A DNA stretch of 64,000 nucleotides. Origin: Hemiscyllium ocellatum. Its lineage: Eukaryota. Shown piece by piece: positions 63,716 to 64,000 of this stretch. The notes under the pieces are model-generated. The model was not told the origin of the DNA and searched no databases. It worked only from the letters and a program-made list of their open reading frames with translations. The translations under genes were made by a program, and so were the position numbers. The stretch covers positions 20,025,231 to 20,089,230 of the forward strand of contig NC_083435.1 in NCBI RefSeq assembly GCF_020745735.1. Direction: 5' to 3'. The number at the start of each line of letters is the position of its first letter. The stretch's first letter is position 1.

Positions 63716-64000
63716 TACCTTCTCTTTGTACATTTATTCCAACTCAATTGTAGGATAACTAAACAAAAACAGACTGACTACTGTGAAGTGTTTCCATCTT
63801 ACAGTAACTTTCATGCAAATGTGGCCTTCCTTTACTTTTGTTTTGCTTTTAGGCACCAAATAAGTTACTCTCCACAATGTGATGACTCCTGTGTTGTAGC
63901 TTCATTTTTAACAAATGACATCTTTAAAGTACTTTGTACATCATCTGATTTTGAGGGCTTTAAAATATGCTTGATCATTCTCTCTTTACTTGCCTTTTAT

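Overview
Vertebrate (eukaryotic) genomic DNA, very likely from a shark: it carries HE1-type V-SINEs with (AATCT)n tails, CR1 LINEs and Penelope-like elements of the kind typical of elasmobranchs. There are no prokaryotic genes, operons or CRISPR arrays. Nearly every ORF in the supplied track is either a retrotransposon fragment or a chance ORF. A large share of the window is decayed retroelements (CR1, Rex1/Babar, a second LINE family, Penelope-like elements, SINEs). The main signal the ORF track misses lies between the repeats on the + strand: a chain of about 20-26 very small candidate exons (6-51 nt, most often 27 nt). Almost all are multiples of 3, bounded by AG/GT and open in symmetric phase 1-1. 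Spliced together they give a heptad coiled-coil (e.g. EKEKLEAILRDV-EDLLRLKDQ-EINELTKQE) built from at least two, probably three, duplicated exon cassettes. This looks like the interior of one large micro-exon gene, with an architecture reminiscent of BG/butyrophilin/TSBP1-type tails, but the gene cannot be identified from this window. Secondary points: hammerhead-ribozyme cores in Penelope terminal repeats, a spacer-less Penelope-derived palindrome, and an apparent rise in CpG density after about 23 kb. All exon calls are predictions made by eye from splice signals, and repeat boundaries are approximate.
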